IMG/VR virus record: IMGVR_UViG_3300022934_000097
Coordinates: 1 to 31,803 of that record
DNA length: 31,803 nucleotides
Source: a virus
Lineage: Duplodnaviria > Caudoviricetes
Strand: one strand, 5' to 3'
The position numbers were made by a program, and so were the translations under genes. Positions 16,219-25,077 of this stretch are shown here, piece after piece. The number at the start of each line of letters is the position of its first letter. Position 1 is the stretch's first letter. The notes under the pieces were generated by a model. That model made no database searches, was not told the DNA's origin, and worked only from the letters and a program-made list of their open reading frames with translations.

Positions 16219-16504
16219 CCTTGATCAATCCCTCATCGATCATGATCTCCCAGGTGCGATACAAGCCCCGCATTTGACACCTTAAGATTTCGTCTTTGTC
16301 GATCAGGGTCTTGGCTCTGCCGTCGATGATGTCGTGACAGATGCTACATCCGTAAGCCGCAAAGAAGTCTGGCGACTTGATGCCCATGCCCTTCCCTGGG
16401 CTGTTGAGGTGGCAAAGCACAACCGTCTCCCTGTTCTCCTGGCAGTAAGGGAAAATTTGCAAACAACATGGCTTGCCCTTGGCAGATTTACGCAGCTTGC
16501 TCAC
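16211..16504 (-). CDS. DUF1364/YbcO-like Zn-binding nuclease
   Basis: KLRKSAKG..C.L....C....ETVVLCH...GMGIK..D...AYGCSICHD.IDGR. Confidence 0.85.
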   Translation of the reverse strand: MSKLRKSAKGKPCCLQIFPYCQENRETVVLCHLNSPGKGMGIKSPDFFAAYGCSICHDIIDGRAKTLIDKDEILRCQMRGLYRTWEIMIDEGLIKVA

Positions 16505-16535
16505 GCCCTTGCTCTTGGTTCCTGGCTTTCACCGA

Positions 16536-16733
16536 TTAAAGAATTTCAAGGACCCTTTCCTCCTCACCAATATCAAACGGGTCAAAGTTCTTCCAATAGA
16601 TCTGTTCGCCTCGATCAATTCTCCGCTGCCCAGCAGCGGCCTCTCTTCGCAAATCCTCTATGCGCCACCTCGTTCGATTGATTGCGTGCTCTAAGGTGTG
16701 AGGTAACGCGTAGATCAATTCATCATTCATCAA
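16536..16733 (-). CDS. Hypothetical protein
   Basis: 65 aa, ATGA overlap with the upstream gene and AAGGAG RBS. Confidence 0.6.
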   Translation of the reverse strand: MMNDELIYALPHTLEHAINRTRWRIEDLRREAAAGQRRIDRGEQIYWKNFDPFDIGEEERVLEIL

Positions 16734-17173
16734 GCTGCTCCTTTTGCTCGTTGTTGTGCGATGTCAGAGAACTCCACCCCCCACTCACCCCCGAGTTGGT
16801 AGAGCCTGTCGATCAGTTCGATTTCTTCGTTCTTGGTCAGCTTGCTCTCTGGCTTTGGAACCATCCCAGGGATGCCGTAGATGTGGCCCGTCGACTTCTT
16901 CTTCAGCCTCTTGGGAAGAGTCTTCTCAATGTCGTGAGGCCAGTGCGGGAAAACTCCCTCGCTGTTCCGCTTCAGGATGTTCTCCTTCATCTCCAGCTCG
17001 CCGACCCCGACGTAGATTGCAATCTCCCTGATCAAAATGTGCAGAAGGCTCTGCTGGCCTGGCGTTCTCCTTTGCCCGGCCCGGACAACGTCGAGCTTGC
17101 CGCCCTCAACAAGCCGGAAGAATTTGTTGATGTCCGCAATGAGCGCGTCTTTCTGGTTTGCCGAATAGATCAC
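16730..17173 (-). CDS. NinB/YbcN-like recombination accessory protein
   Basis: RRTPGQQSLLH..IREIA motif and SKLTK.E..ELID.LYQLG.E.GVEF C-terminus. Confidence 0.7.
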   Translation of the reverse strand: MIYSANQKDALIADINKFFRLVEGGKLDVVRAGQRRTPGQQSLLHILIREIAIYVGVGELEMKENILKRNSEGVFPHWPHDIEKTLPKRLKKKSTGHIYGIPGMVPKPESKLTKNEEIELIDRLYQLGGEWGVEFSDIAQQRAKGAA

Positions 17174-17484
17174 GCGGCGTTCCTCGTCAGGTTGTACTCG
17201 TGGATCAGCACCGAAAGGTTCCGGTTCAAGAAGCCGTAGGCCCCGGTTTGGCTCAACTCCTTGAGCTTAAGCGCAATGCCGCCGGTGTCCTTGTCAGGTT
17301 TTTGGCAGCGCATGTCCTCCCTGATACATACTTTGATGGCCTTGTCGACCAGGGGCTGTAGGGGGAACGGTGACTTGGTGTCGTTCATTGGGCCGGCCAT
17401 CCATCCAAGCACCTGGTGTTCGAGCATCCTCTCCGCGTTTTCTGAAATTCGGTCCTGCCTGTACTTATCGATCAACATCGCCAA
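17170..17484 (-). CDS. Hypothetical protein downstream of replication initiator
   Basis: 104 aa in the lambda-P position; no helicase or helicase-loader motifs recognised. Confidence 0.6.
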   Translation of the reverse strand: MAMLIDKYRQDRISENAERMLEHQVLGWMAGPMNDTKSPFPLQPLVDKAIKVCIREDMRCQKPDKDTGGIALKLKELSQTGAYGFLNRNLSVLIHEYNLTRNAA

Positions 17485-18226
17485 TCCCCCTCATTAGTTC
17501 TGCCAGCTCGGCTGAAATCTTCTCCTTGGCCCTCGCTTTCCTCGGGTCAATCTCGACCACGTTCTCAGGACGACGCTCGACCCGGATCTGCTTCTCCTTG
17601 TCCCACCAGTTCCTGGCCGCCGCCTTCCAGTCCTTCATCTTCGTGTTGCCCCGCATCCACCCGACTGACTCAAAGTAATTCAGAAACGCCGCACCGACCT
17701 TCTGGTCTTTGCAGCCCTTTTGCGAGAGATAGGAATGAACTTCGGCAAGCGTGGGGGGTGTAAACCCCCTCTTGTTACCTTGTTTACTTGTTATATTGTT
17801 TAGTTGTGGGTCGTCTGTTGGGTCGTCTGTTGTTCCTCTGTTGTACCCTCTGCTGCTCCTCTGTTGTACCTTCTGTTGTACCTCTTCAGAATCTAAATCC
17901 TGATATTTGCTGTAATTACAGATAGTTATGACCGTAGTCTGTTGGGTCGTATGTAGGGTCACCATCTGTTCCTCTTCGAGCACTTTTAGGAACCGTTTTA
18001 CCTTTTTTCTGGACCAACCCCAGCGCCCTGCCATGGTTAGCTGCGACCAGCCGAGCTGACCACGCTCTAGCGAGACCTTGATCCCGCGAACAAAAAAGAA
18101 GTTGGGCTTGTAGTTAGCGTTGAGAAGAATGTCGATCCAGGCCTGACCCTTTGTGAATGGTTCAGGCTTAGATGACCAGATGGGATTGTCGAGGATGGCC
18201 CTGTCGAGCCTTATCCAGCCGCTCAC
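17465..18226 (-). CDS. Replication initiator (lambda O-like / replisome organiser)
   Basis: MSGWIRLDRAI, winged helix, TVITICNYSKYQ, internal iteron-coded repeats, FTPPTL.EV...F.NYFES.GW....MKDWKAAARNW C-terminal domain. Confidence 0.85.
   Translation of the reverse strand: MSGWIRLDRAILDNPIWSSKPEPFTKGQAWIDILLNANYKPNFFFVRGIKVSLERGQLGWSQLTMAGRWGWSRKKVKRFLKVLEEEQMVTLHTTQQTTVITICNYSKYQDLDSEEVQQKVQQRSSRGYNRGTTDDPTDDPQLNNITSKQGNKRGFTPPTLAEVHSYLSQKGCKDQKVGAAFLNYFESVGWMRGNTKMKDWKAAARNWWDKEKQIRVERRPENVVEIDPRKARAKEKISAELAELMRGIGDVDR
17771..17885. repeat. Replication origin: iterons plus AT-rich tract
   Basis: TCTG(T/C)TG units at 17814, 17826, 17837, 17849, 17860, 17872 (11-12 bp period), next to TTGTT-repeat AT-rich 17771-17806, inside the initiator gene. 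Confidence 0.75.
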
Positions 18227-18375
18227 GCCTGCTTCCTCAGAATTTCTTTAATCTGATAAACCCTGAGCGTCGGGACTACGTCCTTCCACTGATAAACTGC
18301 CTGAACCTTGATTCCTAAAGCGTCAGCAATCGCCTTACGTGAGCCAAATATTTCAACAGCCTTGTCTACAGTCAC
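18223..18375 (-). CDS. cro: Cro-like repressor, 50 aa (not in ORF track)
   Basis: GGAGG RBS + GTG; MTVDKAVEIFGSRKAIADALGIKVQAVYQWKDVVP.LR..QI; divergent from cI. Confidence 0.88.
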   Translation of the reverse strand: MTVDKAVEIFGSRKAIADALGIKVQAVYQWKDVVPTLRVYQIKEILRKQA

Positions 18376-18405
18376 GTGCCCTCCACTTATATATCAGTTT
18401 GGGTG

Positions 18406-18488
18406 ATATTATTTTGTAAGTTTAGGTTAATCAAGCGGTCTTACAAAAAAAACGTGTGTTTGCTCACAGAATCTGTAAGCTACCTTTA
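18406..18488 (-). promoter_or_regulatory. pR promoter and oR-like operators
   Basis: Minus strand TTGATT (18434-18429) -17 bp- TAATAT (18411-18406); GTAAG/CTTAC half-sites at 18416, 18431-18444 and 18475. Confidence 0.7.
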
Positions 18489-19120
18489 TGCAACTAGGCC
18501 AAAAGATAAGAAGCAGACGCAAACAATTAGATTTGCGGCAGGCTGATTTAGCCAAAATGATTGGCACGTCAACTGGGATGATCTCTCAGTATGAGGTCGG
18601 CGGCGCAATGCCTTCCGGGGCTAAGTTGATCGAAATTGCTCAAGCGCTATCAGTCAACGTGCAATGGCTTATCGGGTCAGAATCAAAAAACTTCCAAGAT
18701 GATGCTTTACAAACAACCCTGCAAATTGTAAAAGTCCCTCTTATCTCCGAAACTCAAGCGGGAGAATGGAGGGAAATCATGGACAATTTTCAGCCAGGGG
18801 ATGCTGAACATTGGATCGAAACCGCAGATAAGGTGAGCAGCAATGCTTTCGCGTTGAGAGTTAAAGGAAACTCAATGCAGGACGCCAACAACCCCAGATC
18901 GATACCAGACGGAGCTATCGTGATCGTTGATCCAAACCTTGATCCAAAGTCAGGTGACATCGTCGTAGTAAGATTGAACGGCAGTTCAACAGTCAAGAAG
19001 TTTGTTATCGATGGAGACAACTACTACCTCACCCCCCTAAACCCTGACTATCGTCCAATCTTAATGCAGCCGCCAATGGAGATAATTGGGGTGGCAAAAA
19101 GCGCCAGAATTAGCCTCTAA
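18488..19120 (+). CDS. cI: CI-type repressor (HTH + S24 autopeptidase)
   Basis: XRE HTH, AG cleavage site (QAGEW), ALRVKGNSM catalytic Ser, TVKKF catalytic Lys, LNPDY. Confidence 0.93.
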   Translation: MQLGQKIRSRRKQLDLRQADLAKMIGTSTGMISQYEVGGAMPSGAKLIEIAQALSVNVQWLIGSESKNFQDDALQTTLQIVKVPLISETQAGEWREIMDNFQPGDAEHWIETADKVSSNAFALRVKGNSMQDANNPRSIPDGAIVIVDPNLDPKSGDIVVVRLNGSSTVKKFVIDGDNYYLTPLNPDYRPILMQPPMEIIGVAKSARISL

Positions 19121-19138
19121 AAAAATTTATTAATTGAT

Positions 19139-19202
19139 GTAAGTAAAGTTACATTAATGCTTGCAATTGTAAGTTAGCTTACTTAATATAAGTATCACTT
19201 AC
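19139..19202 (+). promoter_or_regulatory. pL promoter and oL-like operators
   Basis: TTGCAA (19161) -17 bp- TAATAT (19184); GTAAG-TAAA-GTTAC 19139-19152, GTAAG-TTAG-CTTAC 19169-19182, ATAAG-TATCA-CTTAC 19188-19202. Confidence 0.75.
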
Positions 19203-19217
19203 ATATAGAGACGTGCC

Positions 19218-19469
19218 ATGCAAGCATCTGATTACACCCGTTACGACGCCGACTGGGACGCCTGGTACGGCGAAACAATTCCCTTCGTTTTTAAGATTAC
19301 CGTTGAGCAAGCCCTCGAAGACGGCGAGCTTTCGGTCAGCAACATTGAGGACGCGCTTTTCTGGCTCAAAAAAGCCAACGCGCATCAGCCTCTCATCGAC
19401 GTGTTTCAGCGTCTCTTCAACAACTTTGAGGAAAACCTCGCCATTGAAGCGGAGGACAATTGCCCGTGA
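19218..19469 (+). CDS. Acidic hypothetical early protein
   Basis: 83 aa, first gene after pL. Confidence 0.7.
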   Translation: MQASDYTRYDADWDAWYGETIPFVFKITVEQALEDGELSVSNIEDALFWLKKANAHQPLIDVFQRLFNNFEENLAIEAEDNCP

Positions 19470-19666
19470 AAGATTCAATCAAGCCTTTAAGGGAAGACGT
19501 TGCATTCATCATGCGCCGCCACTACGAGCGTATGGAGGACGTCTACGCGCAAACCCAGATTGAGCTGGAAGCCCTCATCACAAAAGCCTACTTCGATGGA
19601 TATGAAGAAGGCCTCGACAAGATGTGCGACCGCGCATCTTCAGCAATCAAAGGAGAAGCAGCATGA
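19460..19666 (+). CDS. Hypothetical early protein (start 19460 or 19466)
   Basis: GGAGG RBS; coupled to both neighbours. Confidence 0.7.
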   Translation: MPVKDSIKPLREDVAFIMRRHYERMEDVYAQTQIELEALITKAYFDGYEEGLDKMCDRASSAIKGEAA

Positions 19667-19878
19667 CAGTGAAAGACCGTCTCCTGGCTCACTTGAAGTC
19701 AGGCAAAGTGTTAAACCGACGCACCGCTTACGAGCAGCTCGGGGTGATGTCGGTCGCCCCTCGAATCTGGGACCTTCGACAAGAGGGCTACCCCATCAGA
19801 ACCATTATGCGCGTCGCGCACAACCGATTCGGAGAGAAGTGCCGGGTCGCTGACTACGTCCTGGAGCATCAGCAATGA
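19663..19878 (+). CDS. Small winged-HTH protein
   Basis: AAGGAG RBS + ATG 19663; LLAHLKSG....R..A...LGV....PRI.DLRQEGY.I motif. Confidence 0.8.
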   Translation: MTVKDRLLAHLKSGKVLNRRTAYEQLGVMSVAPRIWDLRQEGYPIRTIMRVAHNRFGEKCRVADYVLEHQQ

Positions 19879-19952
19879 TTCTTTTCAAGGGCAAGCTTTA
19901 TTCATTCGATCAACTGGAGGAGATCTACCATGGAACACAGCGAAAGCATTGA
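19875..19952 (+). CDS. Possible 25 aa micro-protein
   Basis: ATGA overlap, GGAG upstream; MILFKGKLYSFDQLEEIYHGTQRKH fills the gap before erf. Confidence 0.35.
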   Translation: MILFKGKLYSFDQLEEIYHGTQRKH

Positions 19953-20547
19953 TCAGCTCAATGCGGCCATCGTGGTCGCTCAGGGGCTGATCCAAAACCC
20001 ATCCAAGAGCGCGGTAAACCCGCAGTTCAATTCAAAGTACGCAGACCTAGCGACGGTCTTAGATGTTGTTCGCCCGGCCTTCACCGAGGCAGGCATCGGC
20101 ATCATCCAAACGCCATCGAGGGACGAGACCGGGGCGGTCGTTGTGACCACAATGCTCGTACACGCGTCTGGTCAGTGGATGAGGGACAAAATCCACATGC
20201 ACCTTGCTGACAGCGCCAAGAACCCGGCGCAAGCCGCCGGCAGCTTGATCACTTACCTGCGGCGCTACTCTCTGGCCGCGTTTGCCAATGTCGCACAAAC
20301 TGACGACGACGGGCAGGCGTTGGAAGGACAAACCGCCGTTGCCGCACCCAAAAAGTCAATTGATCCAGAGCAGGTTGAGCTTATCTCAGCAGAGCTTGAG
20401 AGCTGCTCTGACAAGGCAACCGCAGAGTTCTTAGAGCTAAAGAAGTTGCGAACCCTGGAAGACATCCCAAAGGATAAGTTCCCGATTTGGTTAGAGCAGG
20501 TCAAAAAGCGAAAGCAAAAAGAAGCAACCAGCGAACAGGCTCACTGA
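19930..20547 (+). CDS. erf: ERF-family single-strand annealing protein
   Basis: NPQFNSKYADL, T.L.HASGQW, QAAGSLITYLRRYSL....DDDG. Confidence 0.92.
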   Translation: MEHSESIDQLNAAIVVAQGLIQNPSKSAVNPQFNSKYADLATVLDVVRPAFTEAGIGIIQTPSRDETGAVVVTTMLVHASGQWMRDKIHMHLADSAKNPAQAAGSLITYLRRYSLAAFANVAQTDDDGQALEGQTAVAAPKKSIDPEQVELISAELESCSDKATAEFLELKKLRTLEDIPKDKFPIWLEQVKKRKQKEATSEQAH

Positions 20548-21137
20548 TGATCATTCACCAGGTACAGCAAGGTACGCCCGAGTGGACTGAAGTCAGGCGC
20601 GGAACTCCCTCCGCGTCTTGCTTCAAAAACATTTTGACGGCAACTGGCAAGCCATCAACGTCCAGAGACAAGTACGCCCTGGCCCTCGCCAGGGAGGTTC
20701 TCTACGGCGTTGAGCCGCTGCCGGTCAACCCAGACATGCAGAGAGGGCTAGACCTGGAGTCGGAGGCCGTTCGCAATTATGAGTTTGAACACGGCGTCAA
20801 AACGCAAGTTGTTGGTTGGGTGACCAATGACGACAACACCTACGGGTGTTCGCCAGACCGCATGAACCTAGAGGTCAAGTGCCCGAGGGACAATAACCAT
20901 ACAAAGTGGTCGGCAAAGGGTTGCGTCCCGTCAGAGCATTTTTGCCAGGTGCAAGGCTGCATGTGGGTCTGCGAGCAAGACTATTGGGACTTCTATTCAT
21001 ACTCAGAAACCTTGGGATCTTTTTGTTTCCGAGCGCACAGAGATGAAGAGTGGATCTCCGCGATGGAGAAGGAAATGTCTCTATTTTTAGAGAGAAAAAG
21101 TGAGTTACTGGAGTTACTAAAGGAGGAAGCAGCGTGA
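20547..21137 (+). CDS. YqaJ/lambda-type exonuclease
   Basis: QGTPEW...R.G..SAS, MQRG..LE..A, GCSPD, LEVKCP, QVQG.MWV. Confidence 0.9.
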   Translation: MIIHQVQQGTPEWTEVRRGTPSASCFKNILTATGKPSTSRDKYALALAREVLYGVEPLPVNPDMQRGLDLESEAVRNYEFEHGVKTQVVGWVTNDDNTYGCSPDRMNLEVKCPRDNNHTKWSAKGCVPSEHFCQVQGCMWVCEQDYWDFYSYSETLGSFCFRAHRDEEWISAMEKEMSLFLERKSELLELLKEEAA

Positions 21138-21397
21138 GTGATTTTGTAGATGGATTAATTGCGAAGAAGCCGGGCGATAACGCGCCAGATTTTATTAAGG
21201 CGAACGTGTCGATCAAGCGAAAGGAGCTGATCGACTGGCTAGGTAGTCGGGACGACGACTGGGTCAACGTCCAGATAAAAGAGAGCAAGGGCGGTAAATG
21301 GTACGCGCAGGTCGACGATTGGAAGCCCGATGAGAGCCAGCGTAGACCAGTCAACTCAAAGAAGACGGAAGACTTCGATGACGACATCCCTTTTTGA
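21134..21397 (+). CDS. Small SSB-like protein
   Basis: 87 aa, beta-rich, ending in acidic DFDDDIPF tail; follows erf/exo. Confidence 0.7.
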   Translation: MSDFVDGLIAKKPGDNAPDFIKANVSIKRKELIDWLGSRDDDWVNVQIKESKGGKWYAQVDDWKPDESQRRPVNSKKTEDFDDDIPF

Positions 21398-21662
21398 ACG
21401 CCAAAACGACTCTGGCGTAAAGACGCGCCAAGAGCGCGAGAAGATGCTCATGTCCAGCGGGCTGGTCGAGGATTACTTCACGATCAGCGACGCGGCCAGG
21501 GCGATGAAGGTGCACCACTCAATTGCTCGCGGCGTAGTCACCAGCCTTGCCAATCAGGGCAAGCTGGAGGCTGCGGTCATGAGACAAACGAGGTTGATAA
21601 CTAAATACCGCAGGGCGGGCACTGCCACCCGGTGGTTATCAATGCCGTGGAGGAAGCAATGA
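21378..21662 (+). CDS. Putative HTH protein
   Basis: FTISDAARAMKVHHSIARGVV HTH-like segment. Confidence 0.55.
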   Translation: MTTSLFERQNDSGVKTRQEREKMLMSSGLVEDYFTISDAARAMKVHHSIARGVVTSLANQGKLEAAVMRQTRLITKYRRAGTATRWLSMPWRKQ

Positions 21663-21931
21663 TCACCAGAGATATGCTGTCGTCAGCGACAGGCTACAGC
21701 CGACGTCAAATCGAATGGAGGCGGCGAACATATTGGCGCGAGGGTCGGCACTACATCGTCGACCCGGCTGGTACAACTATGTACGATTTGGAGGAGATCG
21801 AACGATGGCAACAGGCGTCACCGAGAAGAATGGGAAGTGCTTTGTGCGATGGTACGCAAGGGGAAAACGTCATTCGCGGGCGTTGGACATCCCCTACACA
21901 AGGGAAGGGGTCGCCAAAGCCGCTCGTATAA
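21659..21931 (+). CDS. xis: Excisionase
   Basis: GGAGG RBS; TGYS...I..RR...WREG.HY..DP.G..MYDLEEIERW pattern; overlaps integrase start. Confidence 0.75.
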   Translation: MITRDMLSSATGYSRRQIEWRRRTYWREGRHYIVDPAGTTMYDLEEIERWQQASPRRMGSALCDGTQGENVIRGRWTSPTQGKGSPKPLV

Positions 21932-22839
21932 GAAAGAAGTTCATTGAAAACGGCGAGCAGTTCGACAAGCCCGTCCCAACCTTTGGGGAATTGGCGCAAA
22001 AACGTCTAGATGAAACTCGCATGTCTCCGAACTATCGAGACAGCACGTTGAGGTGCTTAAACAATTATGCGAGTCAATGGTTCGACTGGCCCGTCAACGA
22101 GATCACCTACGCGGACCTTCTGCCTATCAGCAACATCGACAAATCGCCTGCGTACATCATCATCATTCTGACGCACATCAGGAACGTATTTAATCTCGCG
22201 GTAAAGTCAAAGTGGATGCGCGACAACCCTGCCGCTGATCTTATGAGCGAGGTCAAGCGTGACCACAAAGAGATCGATCCGTTTACGCCCGACGAGCGAG
22301 ACGCCATCCTCGCGGATTTAAAAAGGTCTAACGCGGGACACAACAAGTACCTATTTTATTTGATCCGCTTTTACACGGGGATGCGTCCTGGCGAGGTGCT
22401 TGCCTTGACGTGGGACGATTACAAGGATGGAGAGTTCCGCGTCAACAAGTCTTGGACAAATAACAACCTGCGGCCTACGAAGACCTACAAGGAGCGGCGA
22501 GTGCCGGTCCACGGCGTAATACAGGACGAGCTAAAGAAGACCGTCAGGAGCCTCAAAAACCGTCACATCATACTCAGCGAGGCCGGTGAAAACTTTGGCA
22601 AGGGCCAGATGTTTGTGAAGGCGTTCAATCGATCTCGAAAGCGGTTGGCGATACGCCACCGGAGCCCTTACAACGTCAGACACACCGCTGCCTGCGTGAT
22701 GTTGAATGCCGGGATGAAGCCAGGCTACTGCGCGAAGATTCTAGGTCACTCGCTGCAAGTTTTTTTCCAAGTTTATGCTCGATGGATCGACAGCGACGAA
22801 AACAAGGTTCAAGCCTCGCTTTTGATGTCTCTCAAGTGA
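21805..22839 (+). CDS. int: Tyrosine integrase with arm-binding N-terminus
   Basis: GGAGGAG RBS + ATG 21805; TGMRPGE, PTKT, PYNVRHT, ILGHS, catalytic VYARW. Confidence 0.93.
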   Translation: MATGVTEKNGKCFVRWYARGKRHSRALDIPYTREGVAKAARIRKKFIENGEQFDKPVPTFGELAQKRLDETRMSPNYRDSTLRCLNNYASQWFDWPVNEITYADLLPISNIDKSPAYIIIILTHIRNVFNLAVKSKWMRDNPAADLMSEVKRDHKEIDPFTPDERDAILADLKRSNAGHNKYLFYLIRFYTGMRPGEVLALTWDDYKDGEFRVNKSWTNNNLRPTKTYKERRVPVHGVIQDELKKTVRSLKNRHIILSEAGENFGKGQMFVKAFNRSRKRLAIRHRSPYNVRHTAACVMLNAGMKPGYCAKILGHSLQVFFQVYARWIDSDENKVQASLLMSLK

Positions 22840-23063
22840 AATGGGCACTAAATGGGCACCAGGCTACTAGAGATGCAATATTCACTACGTATTTCAATTA
22901 GTTAATGCCAGGGTAGCCACCCATATCCATAGTTTCCCCTGTATCTCACAGTATCTCACGGGGATTTGCCCACCCCGTAAGTCACTGATTTTATTGAACC
23001 CGCTTGCTCAAGGGTACTGTCAGATACTATGGTTTACCACCCAATGGGCACCAAATGGGCACC
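22839..23063. mobile_element. attP region (arm sites, IHF-like sites, core)
   Basis: Tandem AAATGGGCAC(T/C) pairs at 22839-22860 and 23042-23063; IHF-like TTTCAATTAGTTA (about 22892) and TAAGTCACTGATT (about 22978); direct repeat GTATCTCAC x2 at 22941-22959; located between int and the convergent late genes. Confidence 0.8.
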
Positions 23064-23071
23064 GCGTGAAG

Positions 23072-25066
23072 TTAGCTGGCTTCGGACCTCATCAACGTCG
23101 TGGAGGGAACCGCGACGCTGCCGGAGATGAATGGCGCAATCACGCGATCATAGTCATCCCCAAGCGCCCGCCTGACGCCGCTGCCACCGAAAATGTTCCT
23201 GATTTGTTTGTCAGTAAGCCCCTTCGTAAGAAGCAATTGACCAATCTGGTTAATAATTTCCGGGGTGGGCTTTCTGGCCTGCAATACGCCGATGACCTTG
23301 CCGACAATGTTGGACGGGTTCGCGTCAGAAAGTTCACGCAACAACCCTGGGTCAATCGCATCGTCGAGGGCGCGACCGGCCTGCTGCTGAAGTGCCGTGG
23401 TGCTGTTTCCAGTGAGCGCCTGCTTGGTCCGTACAAATTCCTCTTCGATACCCGCCCTCCTCATAAACTCGGGAGCGTCGTCACCAAGAACGAGGTCAAT
23501 TTTCTTCCTGACCGCAGCAGGAGCGCCAGGTCCAATAATCTTGGTCACGTCCCTGCCAGCGCCAACAGAATCGAGTTTGTCAGAGACAGACTTGACCGCC
23601 CCTAATCGAAACATCATTTGCTCGCTGTCGCTCATTTTAGAGAAGGCGTCAGCAACCTCGTCAAAGTCAGTTGCTGTTGACATAAGTTTGCGACCCTCAA
23701 CCAGGGCGTCATTTAACTCGCTAGCGCCCGCAAAAATCGCATTGGCTCGAATGTACTCTGGGTTTTGTCTGCCCATCTCATTCAGTAGCCGTTCTTTTTG
23801 GCCCATCAAAATTCTGACCTTGTTGGCCTCGCCAGATCTTTTCGCTTTGCCGATCTGATCTGACAAACCCTCCTTGGCAAACTTCAAATACTGGAACCGC
23901 TCCTGCGGGCTCAGTCCGTCTAGGATTGTTGCGTTTGGGTCGGTGACCTGTCTGACTACATTGCCGCGCTGAAACCTGCCAGCAGGCTCTGTGATGGTTG
24001 TGGTTGGCGGCTTCAACGGAGGCTTGCCTTGAAGTCTCGCCATCTTGTTTATGTCGCTGACGATGCCAGGAGATTTGAGGATGTCACGCAGCTCGCCAGA
24101 CATTTCAATACCCCGGCGCTCGGCTGCTTCGTAGAATGGCCCGGCCTGCTCTTGCCTTTGCTTGATTAAGTTCTTCTGGGTTTCTCCAAAACTTTTCGAG
24201 CTGCCAGCAGATGCCTCGATGGTAGACAGCAATCGTTGAGATTGTTGCCGGTCGCGCTCGAACATCAGGTCCTCAGCTCTTTGTCTCATTGGGCCTTGCC
24301 TGTTTGCTGCCGCCCTGCCGACCACCCTCATTCCCTCGTCAACGTCAGCCAGGACCGCATCAGGACCGAGATCTCGCATCCTTCTGACTGCCTCATCTGG
24401 TGACAAGCCGACAGCGTCAGCAGTCTCCTGAAGCACTCTCTGTGCGTCTGATTTGGGGGTTGCCGTTGCTGCCCGACCTAAACGGTTGGCAACAGAGCCA
24501 GCCACGCGGCCAAGCGCATTGGCTACGGGTGCGCCGATTAATGCGCCAGCGGCACCGAACCCTGCGCCTTCCTTGGCACCTTCAACCCTGCTGCCAGGGT
24601 TTGCGCTGCCCGCCCCATACAAGCCACCTTGAGCCGCGCCTGTGCCAGCGAGGCCAGCAGCCTTTACCAAGCCTGGCGCGTTACGCAAAGCCTGTGAACC
24701 GAGAACCTTAGCTGCGCCTAAACCTCCGCTAGTCAATCCACCTGCAACCTCAAGCCCTGTTGCAAGTGCCGGGTTATCCTCTTTGAACTGCTCCCTTCTT
24801 GAGGAGATGTCTTTCTGGATCTTGTCGTATGCGTCGCTAAAACTTTCGCCGGTTTGCATTGACCCAACCAGCGCAGCAATTGCCCCGCCGACCTCGTCGG
24901 TCAGGCCAAAGCTCATCCCCTGACCAACCTGACTTATCCCCTCTGTGACCGAGTCGTACTTGGTCTTTGGTTTACCAAACTGCTTATCGAGGACTTGCTT
25001 TATTTCATCACTGCTCATTGAGTCAGGGAATGTGATCTCTTTATTGTCAACAACGACTACTGGCAT
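23072..25066 (-). CDS. Ejection/DNA-transfer protein (gp16 position)
   Basis: 664 aa, Ala/Gly-rich helical; FPDSMS.DEI N-terminus, GQGMSFGLTDE, GNSTTA; last late gene. Confidence 0.7.
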   Translation of the reverse strand: MPVVVVDNKEITFPDSMSSDEIKQVLDKQFGKPKTKYDSVTEGISQVGQGMSFGLTDEVGGAIAALVGSMQTGESFSDAYDKIQKDISSRREQFKEDNPALATGLEVAGGLTSGGLGAAKVLGSQALRNAPGLVKAAGLAGTGAAQGGLYGAGSANPGSRVEGAKEGAGFGAAGALIGAPVANALGRVAGSVANRLGRAATATPKSDAQRVLQETADAVGLSPDEAVRRMRDLGPDAVLADVDEGMRVVGRAAANRQGPMRQRAEDLMFERDRQQSQRLLSTIEASAGSSKSFGETQKNLIKQRQEQAGPFYEAAERRGIEMSGELRDILKSPGIVSDINKMARLQGKPPLKPPTTTITEPAGRFQRGNVVRQVTDPNATILDGLSPQERFQYLKFAKEGLSDQIGKAKRSGEANKVRILMGQKERLLNEMGRQNPEYIRANAIFAGASELNDALVEGRKLMSTATDFDEVADAFSKMSDSEQMMFRLGAVKSVSDKLDSVGAGRDVTKIIGPGAPAAVRKKIDLVLGDDAPEFMRRAGIEEEFVRTKQALTGNSTTALQQQAGRALDDAIDPGLLRELSDANPSNIVGKVIGVLQARKPTPEIINQIGQLLLTKGLTDKQIRNIFGGSGVRRALGDDYDRVIAPFISGSVAVPSTTLMRSEAS

Positions 25067-25077
25067 TTTCGTTACCT

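Noticed and set aside
17805-17885. Short tandem repeats as a possible CRISPR array
   Set aside because: 11-12 bp period with no spacers; position inside the initiator gene fits iterons.
21715-21804. Upstream extension of the integrase ORF
   Set aside because: Lies within xis; the strong GGAGGAG RBS supports ATG 21805.
22840-23070. tRNA/tmRNA fragment as att core
   Set aside because: No T-loop (GTTCGA) or acceptor-stem/CCA pattern found by eye.
22994-23858. Plus-strand ORFs of 203 and 153 aa
   Set aside because: Antisense to the gp16-position gene, one starting within attP; no recognisable motifs.
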